A stretch of 63,982 nt of DNA, filler included, from Guillardia theta CCMP2712 (GCF_000315625.1; 6 parts of 6 records of this genome joined end to end with filler, not necessarily neighbours in it), one strand, 5' to 3'. Positions 1-12,416 are shown, numbered from the whole stretch's first letter. Translations and numbers: made by a program. The notes: generated by a model from the sequence alone, not told the origin.

Positions 1-894
1 ACTCAGCAGGAACGAAGGGGGTAGGGTCATTACAAAGTGGGGGTGGGGGTAGCATGTCAAGCTGGGGTAGGGTGATACTTTGCGGAAACGTTTGGTGCTA
101 AACGTCACAATCAGGCGTACTGGGGGGTACTGGGGGTGTGCATGTGGATTATGGTACATCAAGGGGGGGTGGGGTATAGAAGCAGGTGGAGAGTTTAGAA
201 GGGAGGGGTAGGTAGGAGGGGAAAGGGGGGATGAGGGCTAGCTCAGGGATTTCTCCGAGGCGAACTCGGCAGAAAAGATTTAAGTGAAATGATCGGGCAT
301 GCCAGCTCACTGGGGAAGAGGAGAGGCGGGCTCGGATGTGCGAGTTGAGTGAAATTGAAGATCTAGAACCATCTCAACATGAGGCCGCGCATGCGAAATG
401 CTAGTGGCGGGGAGGTGGCGGGGGAGAGAGAGCAGGGAGGGAGGGAGGGAGGGAAGAGAGATGATGAGGAGAGGAACGAAGAAGGAGAGAGGGTTTGAGA
501 TGTAGGATGACTGATTGTTGGATCACCTGCTTGAGCTCGCATGATGAAGCAACTGCTCATTTTGTCGCAGTTTGCGATGCTTATGATGTTTTATCGCGAT
601 AACGACGAACTTTTGTGCAAAGAAGGGTCGATTTTACAGTATTCTGAATGTTTGAAGTGATCGTACGAGGCAACTGAAGAATAGGGGAGGGACAGAGATT
701 CTCCTAAGATATGCTTCCCAAGGCGTAGATTTAAAGGCAGGGTAGAGGAAGGAGGTAGATAATAGTTGCTGTTAGGTTGTGAGCGTGGCAATGACATCAT
801 ATGAGACGAAGAAGCAAACAGTATGAGATGTTTCCTAGAAAGACTTGGTTGCTGTTTCCTGACCCTGTTGTCACTGCAATGCAGGGCTTTAGCA

Positions 895-2821
895 ATGTGG
901 ACATCCACGAATTGTCGGTGGCTGTGGAAGGCGGCGATGCTGTCGCTGCTGTGCCTGCTGTTGGACCTGGAGGGTGCGAGCGCAAAGAAGAAGAAGGACT
1001 ACTACACCATGCTTGGGGTGAAGAAGAATGCCGACGAAGCGACTTTGAAGAAGGCCTATAGAAAGTTGGCCCTCAAGATGCACCCCGATCGTAACCCGCC
1101 CGAGAAGAAGGAGCAGGCCGAGAAGGATTTCCGTGAGATGTCCGAGGCATATCACGTCCTCTCCGACCCCGAGAAGAGGAAGATCTACGATCAGTTCGGA
1201 GAAGAAGGACTGAAGGCGGCCGAGTCTGGTGGATCTCCCGATGGGGGTGGAGGATTCCCAGGTGATGATGTCATCATAAGCTCCCTCCATCTCTCCCTCC
1301 ATCCCTTCCATCTCCCTGCCCTGTAACTTCCTATGCAGGTGGTGGATTCGGAAACTTTCACTTCTCGAGCAGAGGAGGAGGAGGAGGAGGAGGATTCCAA
1401 GGATTTGACGCCTTCAAGATGTTCGAAGAGTTCTTCTCAGGAGCTGGAGGAGGAGGCTTCCAGTTCACCATGGAGGACGACATGCCCTTCGGAGGTCGTG
1501 GCGGAGGCAAGAGAGGGAGAGGCAGAGGAGGAGGAGGAGGAGGAGGAAATCCGTTCGGAGCGGGTGGAAATCCGTTCGGAGCGGGTGGAAATCCGTTCGG
1601 AGCAGGAGGTGGCGGTCCATTCGGAGGAGCAGGAGGGAATCCATTTGGGTTTGGAGGCGGAGGCATGCCGTTTGGTGGTTTCGATTTTGGAGATGGAGGA
1701 GGAATGCCTGGTGATGCTGGTGGGCAGCGAGGAGGACGAGGGCAGCAGAGTCAGGCCCTGTATGACAGTAACTCGCCGTAAGATGTGGAAGCGATGGTGG
1801 GCAGAAGCTGACATGACATGCAGGGTCAAAAGCCTCAACGCCAAGAAGTTTCCAGGCAAGGATGCGAAGCACACGTGGATCGTGGAGTTCTACGCGCCGT
1901 AAGGGCACCGGGCGAGCGTTTGTGTGAGAGTGACTTGTGATAAGGTGGTGTGGACACTGCCAGAAGCTCAAGAGCAGCTGGGAGAAGCTTCCGAACGCCT
2001 TGAAGGGAGTCGTCAAAGTTGGCGCCGTGAACTGTGATGACGACAAGAACAAGCCACTCTGCAACAGCGAGGGTGTGGACTCCTTTCCTACCATCAAGTT
2101 GTACAAGGTGCGCACACGCTGTGCAAGTTGTCAAGTTGAAAGTTGTTTTGCAGTCTGGAGGCAGAGGAAGTGTTCCCTACGAGGGCGCGCAGACTGTCAA
2201 GGCGCTTCACGATTTTGCCCTCGAAAATCTTCCCTCGGAGGTTGTGAATCTAAGTGAGTCAGCACTGCCAGATGCATTCCCACCTTCTCCAGCTCATGCT
2301 GACTTTGCCTGTAGGAACTTCTCCGCAACTCAAGGCGTTCAGGGAGGAGACTTTGAGCAAAGCGTAAGCTCTCCCTTGCTCGGCTCATCATGTCAGTAAC
2401 GCTCGCTCGTCAGAAAATCTGGATGTGGAGCCATCCTCTTCACTGACAAGTATGAGACTTCACCCCTATACAAATCAATCTCAACGCAATTCCACCCAAC
2501 GTTCGTCTTCGGAGAATCCAGGTCAGGAAATCTACAGTATCTCCGCTACTTTCTCCTGCTCACTGTCCTCACCGCTTTCGCTTTGCTGAGCCTTGGTATC
2601 CTTGCAGGGCGAGCAACCAGAAGCTGGCTGATGAGCTGGGAGTGACCGCATTCCCAACACTTGTCTTCATGTGCGGAGCTGGAGGAACAGAGGTTCTTGA
2701 TATCCTTGCAAGCTCAGTCTGCCTGAATCATTTTGTGCTGCAGGTGGAATTCTATAAGGGCGAATTGAAGTCTGAGCCTCTCGACAAATTCTTCACAGGC
2801 AAGAAAAAGAACAAGAGATGA
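895..2821 (+). CDS. Secreted/ER DnaJ protein with Gly/Phe-rich linker and thioredoxin domain(s), ERdj3A/TMS1-like; multi-exon
   Basis: Signal peptide ([16 protein letters not shown]). J-domain DYYTMLGV...[15 protein letters not shown]...[29 protein letters not shown] repeats. Thioredoxin WIVEFYAP|WCGHC is joined across the intron starting ~1899, then VGAVNCD...GVDSFPTIK. Last exon [25 protein letters not shown] ends at 2821. Confidence 0.9.
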
Positions 2822-2876
2822 GTTTCATCCAGACCAGACGATCAACCATAATTATGTTTTCCGTGGGTTCGAAGGC

Positions 2877-5800
2877 CTAGAATCTCCAAACACTCCTGCA
2901 GTCATGTAAATCTTGTCTTCTACCTTTAGTCCCTGTCCACACGTGTCTGCGTGCACAAGGGTAGTGATTAGTCAAATTCAAAGTGAACCAAAAACAACTT
3001 TACCCCGAAGTCTGCTTCCTTTTGACTCCATTGCTACGATCATTTGGCTCGTCGAAAACTTGAAACGATGTAGGACTTTGATCGTTGAAAACGTCATCAA
3101 AGTGTTCATCATTTACACCTTCACAAGTATCAAACGAGAATCTCATCAGATTTTCGTGCAATCCAGGATCTGTACGCGAATTGTTACGACAGAATTTCTT
3201 CCAAAACATCACCTTCAATGTCGGAAAGGCTGTATGGTATACGAGAGAATTGAATTTCATCATGAGGTGACCCCGACACCGCACGACATGCCTGTGACCA
3301 GTCTGTCCCGTGCTGGGGCAATTTTCTGTCACTGCCTCCTACGTTGACTTCTTGAAATTGAATTTGATTTAAGTCCTGATCTCTTGTGCAACCACTGTCA
3401 ATGAGCTTCCACTCTCTTTGTACAAAGGAATTAGTTGAAAAGAAAAAGTCGAGTGGTCTTTGCGGCAAGATTTTCCCAAGAGCCGACCGAAATGTCGGAT
3501 CATAGGCCGTCTGAGCTAGAATATTTTCAATTCCTAGATCAAATTTCTCCATTGCATCCAGAATTTCATGAATCATGAAAGTGTTCAGGCTGGGGAATAG
3601 ATGAAGGGTTTCTATGTCTAGATCATCTCGTGGAATGCTCCCACACGCTGGTCTTGCTTGTAGATCATCTTTGTTGCAAAGGCATACCATCTGGTTGCTA
3701 GGGATCCACCCTGCCTGTTCTCCACACGTGCTCTCAATTGCGATGCGCACACTCAATGCGAGCTGACGCAAGTTAAACACCTTCGATTCAAGTTAGACTT
3801 GGAGCAACTCTTTCATCACTCACCTGACGCAAATGAATTTTCACTCCATAGCATTCGAAGATGCCAAACAACTTCATCCACTCTTCACCATCTACGCTTG
3901 AATCAGCAGCTTGACCAACTTGAGTCCGAATCAAGATCCAAATGTGATCGCAAGCGCTGCAGATGAGGAACTTCAAACTGTGCTACACAACCAAGACGTG
4001 AAGCCTCAAATCAACCTTGCCAGGTCTAATATTTGAAGGAGAAGAGAATTTACACCTTGAAAGCAGCATAAAATTATGGTTTCAGGAAATGTTCAGTATT
4101 TGTCTTTACCTGTCTCAATTTGATCTGTAATGCTTGTTTTTAGGTCTTCAAGATCCTTGATACTATCATCATTTCATAAGGAAGGCAAAATTAACCAAAA
4201 AGCAAGGATACAATACATTATGCAAGCATCCAGCCCAATCAGTATGTCACAGCGCAGATATGCATTTCCGAAAACATGAATATTTTCTTGTTCCATGCAC
4301 TTGATAAGTTCCTCACAACCCTGAATTTCTTGATTTACGTAAATCTCAATTTTAGTAGACCTTGGAAAGAAAGCATTACTTTACAGAAAGTCGAATCATT
4401 CACATTTATCAAGTATAACCGGTGCAAGATGAATCCACAAGCATCTTCTGGCAAGTCTCTCCACAGATGTTCTGCTTTTGTGACCACTTGCACTTGGTTG
4501 TCATAAGACTTTGCTCCAGACATGAGAAATCTGTCTTCGATAAAGGGCTCAACTGTTTCCAGGACAACAACATGATCGCAATAATCTTGGTTTAAGAGTA
4601 GTTTGACTCCAGAACTTGGCTGCTCAAAAAGAATGACAAGCCGAAAGTGAGGCATGTATTCTTGGCTCAACTGTAGAAATGCATGCTCTGTAAAAACAAG
4701 TACTTTGTTCGATCTTGATTCCAAAGAGTTTTTGCAATCTTTCACTCTCATTTTCACGTCGCGAGCACAGTAAAATTCAAGAACAATTGGCAATCCATAC
4801 AGTGCAGTTGAGATATCGTGGAAGAGAATGCTTGACTTTACCAGAATCAAAGTCGTTGGATCAATCAGTTTGCTTTCCTGCTAAATTTTAATATGTCAAA
4901 GTTTCAGTAAGAACACGTCAGAGGTGAATCTAAACCTGATTAGCAATAAGCGACCTTGTCACCTCAAACTTTGGATGTCGTTCATTTTGATCTTGCATTG
5001 AATTGAGTCTGTACAAAATCTTGAAATTTGCAAACCATGTAAGGAGATTGTTTGCTTAGTCAAGTTTCACCTCTGACTTAATGAGATCGGGCGCGATTGT
5101 ATCTATCACTTGTTTCCAATTTAGATCCTGTTATCAACGATTTTTCAATCTCTTTCAAAGCTTTCTGACAAAGCAAGGTGTTACCTCGAGTGCAGATGCA
5201 ATAAATAAGGCCGAGACGTGTGAGCCATAGTGCATCAGAAATTTTTGGCACTTATTCAAGAGATACACCAACATAAGGGTAGACCATGTTGAAATAGCTG
5301 TACATTTTTCGATCGAGTTCTTGGATTTGTGAATGTTTGAACGAGTTTTTTCAGCCATCGCAAGAATGTAGTTACAGTCACATGAAATGGAAAAAAAGTC
5401 GTGCCTTACTTCGTTGATCTCGGCTAGTTTTTCCAGTAATGCGATGATTATGCAACGCAAAATGTAGTTTGTCAATGCAAGCGCAGAGTTGCTTGAGACC
5501 TGCACTTTGATCTCATTCATACCATTCTCGAGTTGTTTTCCAGAGCCTTTCAACAAAGAGGTTTCATTGAATGATGTCAAGCCCTTGGCCGTCATGAACA
5601 TGTCCAGATCTTCTTCAAGACTAGTGTTAATATCGCCAATTTGGATATCATTTTCCACTTCAGATTTGAGGACGGCATCATTTGCATTTGCACATTGTTC
5701 GGGTTGGACCTCTTCGTCCTTGATTGTGTCCTTGAATTCTGGTACCTCCTCTTCAGGATGTTCAAGGTTTTGTCTGTTTATGTCTGGATCTAGCAGTGAA

Positions 5801-7113
5801 ACACCATGACTTTCTGTATCAAACTCAATCAAGTACTCATGAATCATTTGAAGAAATCCTGTTGTAGTAGGATGGTTTTTTCGAAGTTCACAAGTACATA
5901 GCGATTGAAGCAAGTGATCTTCAATGCCTTCTAGGAACAAGTCATGGGGATCATCGGTTTTTAGAAATGCTGCAATGAGTTCCGGAGGGCAGCTGGCATG
6001 ATCATAATCTTTTGATAGTTTCAATACGATTTCAAACTTGTTGCCATCACACATAGTTTTCTCATCCTTTGAATGTAAAATTGTTTCATAGTCTGTGAAT
6101 TTGTTCAAGGGCCTTGAAGTAAATATCTCCATTTCATTCAAGAATTGAGCTGATGTCCGAGGAGAAAACAATTCCTCGAGATCGATAAGAGGTGGAAAAA
6201 GCGAAGACAGGTCATTGTCAATCGATTGTTGTTTCTTGTCGTCAGTCGATGTATGATTACACATTGCTTCAAGGAGGAGATCTTTACCAGCTTGCTCAAC
6301 ACAGCCTTGACTTGAAAGATGTAGATGATTGTCACATTTTGTTATCATGTCAAATTCCATGGTAGCAGCCTCGACCTAAACAAAGAAATTTATTTTGATA
6401 AGTGGAAACTGGTTAAAAATTACCAAGATTAAGTCCATTGGTCTGTCTCGTGGATTGATGGTATCATTTCTATAAAATGTGCTAAGGGGTTCTGAAGGGT
6501 TGACAAAGAAGGTTTCCTTGACGATGGGAAGGACATTGATTGTATTGCAAAACCAAGCATGCAACGGCTGTGACTTCTCCTCCTTTGGCATCGCAAATTG
6601 TGCAAGGTAGTCTTCATTTGCAAAGTTCAAACGATTCCTTTCAAGGCAACATGCCGTTATCTCAAGATTACTGTCGAAAAGCACGGGACACAACATGAAT
6701 TTTTTAGATCTGAGTATTTTGGTGGAAGTTTCAATCAATCCTGTTTCTGCTCTCTGCACTGCAGGTGAGCCTGTTCCATTTTCTCCATCCATGACATGTT
6801 TCTGTGCTCCTCTGTACAGCACAGAAATGCAGCTATCATATGATAACTCTACTTCTCTTAAATCTTGCGCCTGTAATGATGCATCAATCGCCTCATTGCC
6901 TTGCGAGATGCCAATATCTGGTAAGGTCAATGTCAGGAATGCAGCTTTGAGTTCCTGCGGGTCCCCTTGAGATTCTTCCTGTATACAGCAGTTCGCAAGT
7001 TGTTGTTTCGAGTGCATTTGATATCCGTCAGCATGCAAGTCTTTCATTGCCTCCACCATCCCGCCATCATCCCATACTGGCGCTGCTCGCGGCAGCTTAC
7101 AAGCTGCAGCCAT
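2877..7113 (-). CDS. Large multi-exon protein, probably SHOC1/Zip2-like (XPF-like meiotic crossover factor)
   Basis: Long minus-strand exons (6376-7113, 5155-6360, 4335-4850, 3184-3780, 3000-3332) are separated by short introns. An exon near 4220-4325 reads EELIKCMEQENIHVFGNAYLRCDILIGLDACIMY, and a downstream exon reads IETLHLFPSLNTFMIHEIL. As I recall them, these resemble the SHOC1 'E.EG.QVVER....VD.I.S...C..WY' and 'FL..FPS.NP..AQ.IL' segments. Confidence 0.6.
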
Positions 7114-7631
7114 GGACCCAACCCACAAACTTGCGAAAGCCCGCCAAACATTCGACCCGGCGGAGGCCCCCGGTCGGAAGCGGCGGGCCGGGCCCGGGCG
7201 TGACTGGACTCGTAGTGCGCCGTCGGAGGGCGCTGGTCATAGTGCTCATAGTAATAACCGTCACATAACGGTCGGTCATCAGCTGAACGTGCCCAGTCTC
7301 TGTTCCTGCTCAGGCCCTACAGAGAAGGTCGTAAGGGGTGGGGTACTCGCAAACTGTAAAGTCTGTGGCATGGGTGGGGTACTTGACCATCTAACAGTAC
7401 TAGTCGAGATCCCTTGGTACCCCGTTCACCCCTCTAAGTTGCTCACCACCCTACCCTACTTTCCCCAAAGTCACTTTCCTTTAAACCTACTGGCTGGCGA
7501 AGATGGAAGAGGGTGGAGACAGAGGAGGAGCTACAGAGAGCTGAGATGAGCTAGAAGACTCAGGACAGGAAGCTAGCAAGAGCAAGAAGAAGCTCAGAGA
7601 AGGTTCGAGGAAACCCCCATTCGTGCGGAGG

Positions 7632-10600
7632 ATGCATCATATTCCTGATCATCGCAGATCAAACCAAGAAGTTGCTGCGCAAGTTTCTCCCCGTGGCCCG
7701 TATTTGTCACCTCTGCCACGAGTTCCTCAACATCCTCACGTTAAAAACGTCTCGGGGGAGCAAGTCTTGAGCCTGGCTCCTCCATCCCCGACTATTCGGA
7801 CGGGAAACCCGGGCGCTCTGAGGAGCTTGAGAGCAGAACTCTTTCATTTCTTCCTCTCTTACAGGGTCTCGACCGATGGAAGTTTGGTAGAAGGATTGTA
7901 CCAAGAGATATTGAGCATGTCCATGGACCAGCGTCCCCTGCCTTTCGGCGCGAGGGGAACATGGCCACGGTGTGCGGAGAGGCCTTTCCGTGAAGTTCAG
8001 AATGGAGTGAAGGGCTTTCTGGACAAATTCTGTCTGGTGGATGGTAAGGACTGGGAAGCAGGGTTCGTGCTGGGCCTTGTACACTCCTTGCTGTTTGTTC
8101 CGATGCTATCCTTCTACGAAGAACTCGACGAGACAACACAAGTGAAGCGCTTCACCGGATCCCTTGGTGGCCTGGTTGAGCTAGGTCACAGCGATCGAGT
8201 TGACAACGTGTTGCTGGAGTACATCATAGCGATCGAGCTCTGCCGCAAGGAGGGTACACATGTGCAATCTATCTTCCCCATCCTCCTCAGTCCCCGCAGA
8301 GACGACGGCACCTTCTCCGAGTTCTTGTGGTCGAGCTTGCAGTTGTTGCCAGAAAAGCCCTCGCACCTGACCAACGAGAGAGCAGCCATGATTCTTGCCA
8401 TGCTCGACGTGGAGGAGAAGCAGATTGCACAGATGAAGCAGAGAAGCATCAAGCAGACGGTCGAAATGATCCTCAAGCATCAGGCCTGCAAACTGTCGGA
8501 TATGAAGCAGGACGATCAGGTGTACGACTTCTGTGCCCGCAAGATACTCGATGTTGTCCTCAGAGACATCGAACGCCTGCAGCTGGACCCGAACGACTTC
8601 GCTTTCAAGACGCCAGGAGGCAGCGAGGTACTGCAGTGGCTCAAGGAGCGAGGTCTGCTGGGTCTGGCTCCCATGCTTGTCAAGCATCACGTAGACTCGC
8701 TGAACAAGGCGGCCAACCTCACCGACAGCGACATCCTCGACATTTTTCGATCCGAGCGGAGCAAGCAAGACGAAATGTCCTGCCCCAAGGGACAAGAGCT
8801 GTCTCTCCGTCTGGCTATCGCAGATCTCAGAAAGGACAAGCGGGCAAAGCCATACTCGCAGCGACTGTTGGACTTCCGGGACTCAGCGACGGCCATTGGA
8901 ACAGCTGTGTGGACCACAAACGCGATAGAGATCGTCTGCTCCAAGTGGCAGGGGCAGTACATGTTTGCTGTGCTGGCACTTGTATGCGCTCTCATCCCCT
9001 TCTTCACCCTGGGCGATAAACTTCTAACCACCTGGCAGTCGACAGACTACCATGTGGTGCTGTGGTTCAAGGTCGTCTACTACTTGCCTTTCTGGATCTC
9101 AACCTCCCTTGTTCTCGTGAAAAGTGTTTACGAGGCGAGGTATGTACGTCCGCACAAGGCCCGGGCCACCCTCAAGGCTCAAAGTTTCCGCTGGAACTTG
9201 TTGTTCTTGATAGGAGTTGTCGCCGAGATCGCTCAGATTCTCGCAGGCCAGCATGAGCCCGGCTGGACAGTGGCCGATACCTTGAGTGTCAACGGAATCG
9301 CCTTCGAGCTCATGTTGTTTCTGCCAGCATCTATGCTCGTGTACCTGACTTTCGAGTATCGAGAGGAGTACTGGGTGCCTAGTTGGCTGATGCTTGCGAT
9401 CGTGGTATCTGTCACGTACTCGTTCATTTGGAGAGCGTTCCTGTGGTACTTCATGACGACCGTCTTCGTCGCTGTCTTCACCTCCTCGCTCTTCACCTAC
9501 TTTGTTGTCATCCGGATCAAGACGATCGGGGAGGCTCGACGGAAGCTTGGTTTCAATGTGAAGCGGTACCTCGAGGAATGGAGTCACTGCCTTCAGGCAA
9601 CAAGCAGCGTCGACGCCCCTGACGTAGGACGCGACTTAAATCATAAGGGAGTCGGTCGGGTCCTGCACAGCCGTCGGCTGCACCCGGTCATGAGCGTTGA
9701 GCCGCAGGCCACTCGAGGAGCGCTAGAGGTCTTGTGGGAGATGACATCAGCCATAGAGCTACAGCTAGAGCAGCAGTATCGCTCCTGCCAAGCTCGCGTT
9801 CATCCCTGGACACGATTTTGGCAGGACAGGAACAAGGGCTTCGGGCGATTCAAGAGCAAGGAAGGCGAGAGGGGGTACGGCAAGATCAGGCAGCTGTCCT
9901 CAGACTTGGACCAGCTGTACCAGCAAGCAAGCACCATCAACTCAGCTGTCCACGACCTCATAGCTGATCTCCTCACCCCGCTGCAGCATCACAGCGGCAG
10001 CTCTCATCTTGTCAACAAGTATCCCATGCTCGTCTACGGCCCCGTCAAGCAACCTCAACGCGCCATCGAGAAGTGCGTGAGGTCGTACAGGCGCGACGTC
10101 GGATGCCTCACTGACTTGGTTCGCTGCACTATCGTGGCCGAAAGCATGGAGCAGCTGCTGCAGGTTCTTCATACGATCCGATTGCGATCGGTCATCGGCA
10201 TCGCGCCAGTCAATCGGGACGAGGACTGCAAGCTGTCTGTGGATGCAGCCAGTCAATCCGCTAGCGAGAGCCTTCCGGCACAAGCTGGGAACCAAAGTTT
10301 CCTCTCACGCGCACAGCAGCTTGTCCTCAGCAGTCTCAGCAGCAGGAGCAGGAGAGAATCAGAGGGAGAGAAGCAGCTGGAGCTGATGAGGGGTGAGGAG
10401 CAGGAGCAGGAGGAAGGGGGCAAGAGCGAGAGGTTCTTTCGGATAACGCAGGTTAAGAATCGGTTTCACTCGGACAGCCATCACTTCAATCCTATGACTG
10501 GCTACCGCGACCTCTCCCTCAACCTCGAAGTCGGATGGACTTTCAGCCGAAACTCAGTCATCTTTTTGCCTGTCGAGGAGTGGGAGCAGGGAGCGGTCGA

Positions 10601-10753
10601 TCGATACATCATCGAGGTTCAGGTAAGAGCCATGCTGGCCTTTGCTGCGATGACGGTACCTGCCAGATCCACTTCAAAGGTTTCTATGACATCATGAGCA
10701 AAGCAGGCTTCCATGACTTCTACTGCGAATGGAGAGATATCATGTCTCGCTAA
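7632..10753 (+). CDS. TIR + SAM + multi-pass transmembrane + RelA/SpoT-like nucleotidyltransferase fusion protein; one intron at 10623-10666
   Basis: 1024-aa ORF. TIR motifs: FHFFLSYRV, FLDKFCLVDGKDWEAGFVLGL, LFVPMLS, DNVLLE, IFPILL. SAM: EVLQWLKERGL...LTDSDI...GQELSLRLAIADL. About 6-7 hydrophobic helices at ~8960-9520. RSH-synthetase motifs: GPVK..RAIEK..RSY, LTDLVRCTI, VKNRF, TGYRDLSLN, IEVQ. A phase-0 GT-AG intron joins IEVQ to IHFKGFYDIMSKAGFHDFYCEWRDIMSR*. Confidence 0.85.
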
Positions 10754-11429
10754 ACCCTCTGCCTTGCTGCCTTGTTCCTGTTCCTCTTGGTCTTGTGAGC
10801 GAATGGAAGCCAGCAGTAATAAGTTTTGAGTGTCGACTGGCTTGTTTGGATGATAAAACATGTCAATTTCTTCGATTGATCATTGGTAGGATGCAAGTTT
10901 CAAGCATAATGCTTGCGTGCTCCTCCTGTACACCGTGTCTTCTCGATCGATAGAGGTTGAGATACGATCAATATGCTTGACTTAAGATGGTGATTTTCCT
11001 CCCTGATGATTGCTGGGGTTCATCTGACCTTGTTTCTTGGTTTGAAATGTTGTTGAGATACTTCCAGGATGTAAGTTTTGCACATTGCATGCAGTTCAGT
11101 AAGCGACCTGTCGAGTATGTGCCATGACAAGCTTCATGAATGCTTTGAGTGCTGATGTACGAACGAACACATCCTGTCTACAACTAGGACGCAGACATCG
11201 CAAGAAGCAGCCTGAAGAGAGAAAGGAAAAGCAAATAAAGGAAGGAAGGGAACAACAAGAGAAGACCAAGGAAGCAAAGCAGCATAAAGAACAGGAAGAG
11301 GAGGTTTGCAAACAGGAAGACGAGCATTTGATCACTGCGAGAGGAAGGGGGAAAGGAGGGAGCGGAAGGAGAGTTGTAATCTTATAGCTCCCGATCGTAC
11401 CAACATGTGTTGTTCTCAGCATTTTGATT

Positions 11430-12030
11430 GCTTTACCAAACGCATCGACGTAATAGTTCTTGTCGGTTTTTTTAGCACCTCAATCTGTGACAAGCGTCTC
11501 AATTACTTGTCCTCGTCCATATAATTTTTCTGCAGCTCTTCTCCAAGCCTCATGGTCTCCTGTATCTCGCTCTCACACAGATCTCCTGTATCTCGGTCTC
11601 GTAGAGCCATGTCGCTTCGCTGCTCAACATGTTGCTTGATCAGCCAGGACGTTCTCGTGTTGTTTGATCTCGGCTGCGAGCTCCATGAACCACCGCACAA
11701 GATGCCTGCCCCATGGAAGCCAATGACAAGACATGCAGGTTTAGGGCAGGCCCTGCCAGTCATGCAGCGAGCAAGATGAATACCAACGACACAAGGCGCA
11801 CCATCACAGCACTACAAGGTCGTGCCAAGCGCCGTTCGAGGAGAAAACAAGTCCTCGAGATGGATAAGAAGGGGAAAAAGGTTGTGACCCATTGCTTCAA
11901 GGAGGAGATCTTTACCAGCTTGCTCAACACAGCCCTGACTTGCAAGATGTAGATGATTGTCACATCTTAGTATCATGTCAAGAAGTTCACGTTTTGAGCT
12001 CCTGCGGGTCCGCTCGAGATTCTTCCTGCA
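11430..12030 (-). pseudogene. Degenerate, internally deleted copy of the 5' part of the SHOC1-like gene
   Basis: ~11840-11980 matches ~6160-6352 (e.g. cattgcttcaaggaggagatctttaccagcttgctcaacacagcc; peptide CDNHLHL.SQGCVEQAGKDLLLEAM). ~11993-12030 matches ~6945-6985. Further weak peptide similarity (CSAVMVRLVSLVFILL vs CTAISTWSTLMLVYLL) spans different frames and stops. Confidence 0.75.
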
Positions 12031-12416
12031 GGGCTGGACCCGGGACCTCGAGTCCGCCTCAGCACGAGTCTTAAAAATGAGCAGAGCTGACATTTTTAGG
12101 GCCGTGACGGTCACAGAGTCACGTTCAGTCACAAGCTTGCCATCCCTTCATCGCTATAAATGTACTAATAAGTGTTCACTGGTACTAATAAGTGTACCAT
12201 CACTTCATCATCACTCATCACTCCCTGTAGTAAATAAGAAGTGGAGGAAGATGTTGAGTAAACCTTTCTCGTACAACATGAGATGACTAATAATTATCAG
12301 ACGGTCGTAGGTGACCCCTCAGGCTAGGGGATCGTTTTTATAAAATTTAAAAGTCACTGACAGTCGTAGGACTGAAAACTTTCCTTTTCGATTTTCATTG
12401 CGACAAAGCATTCGCC

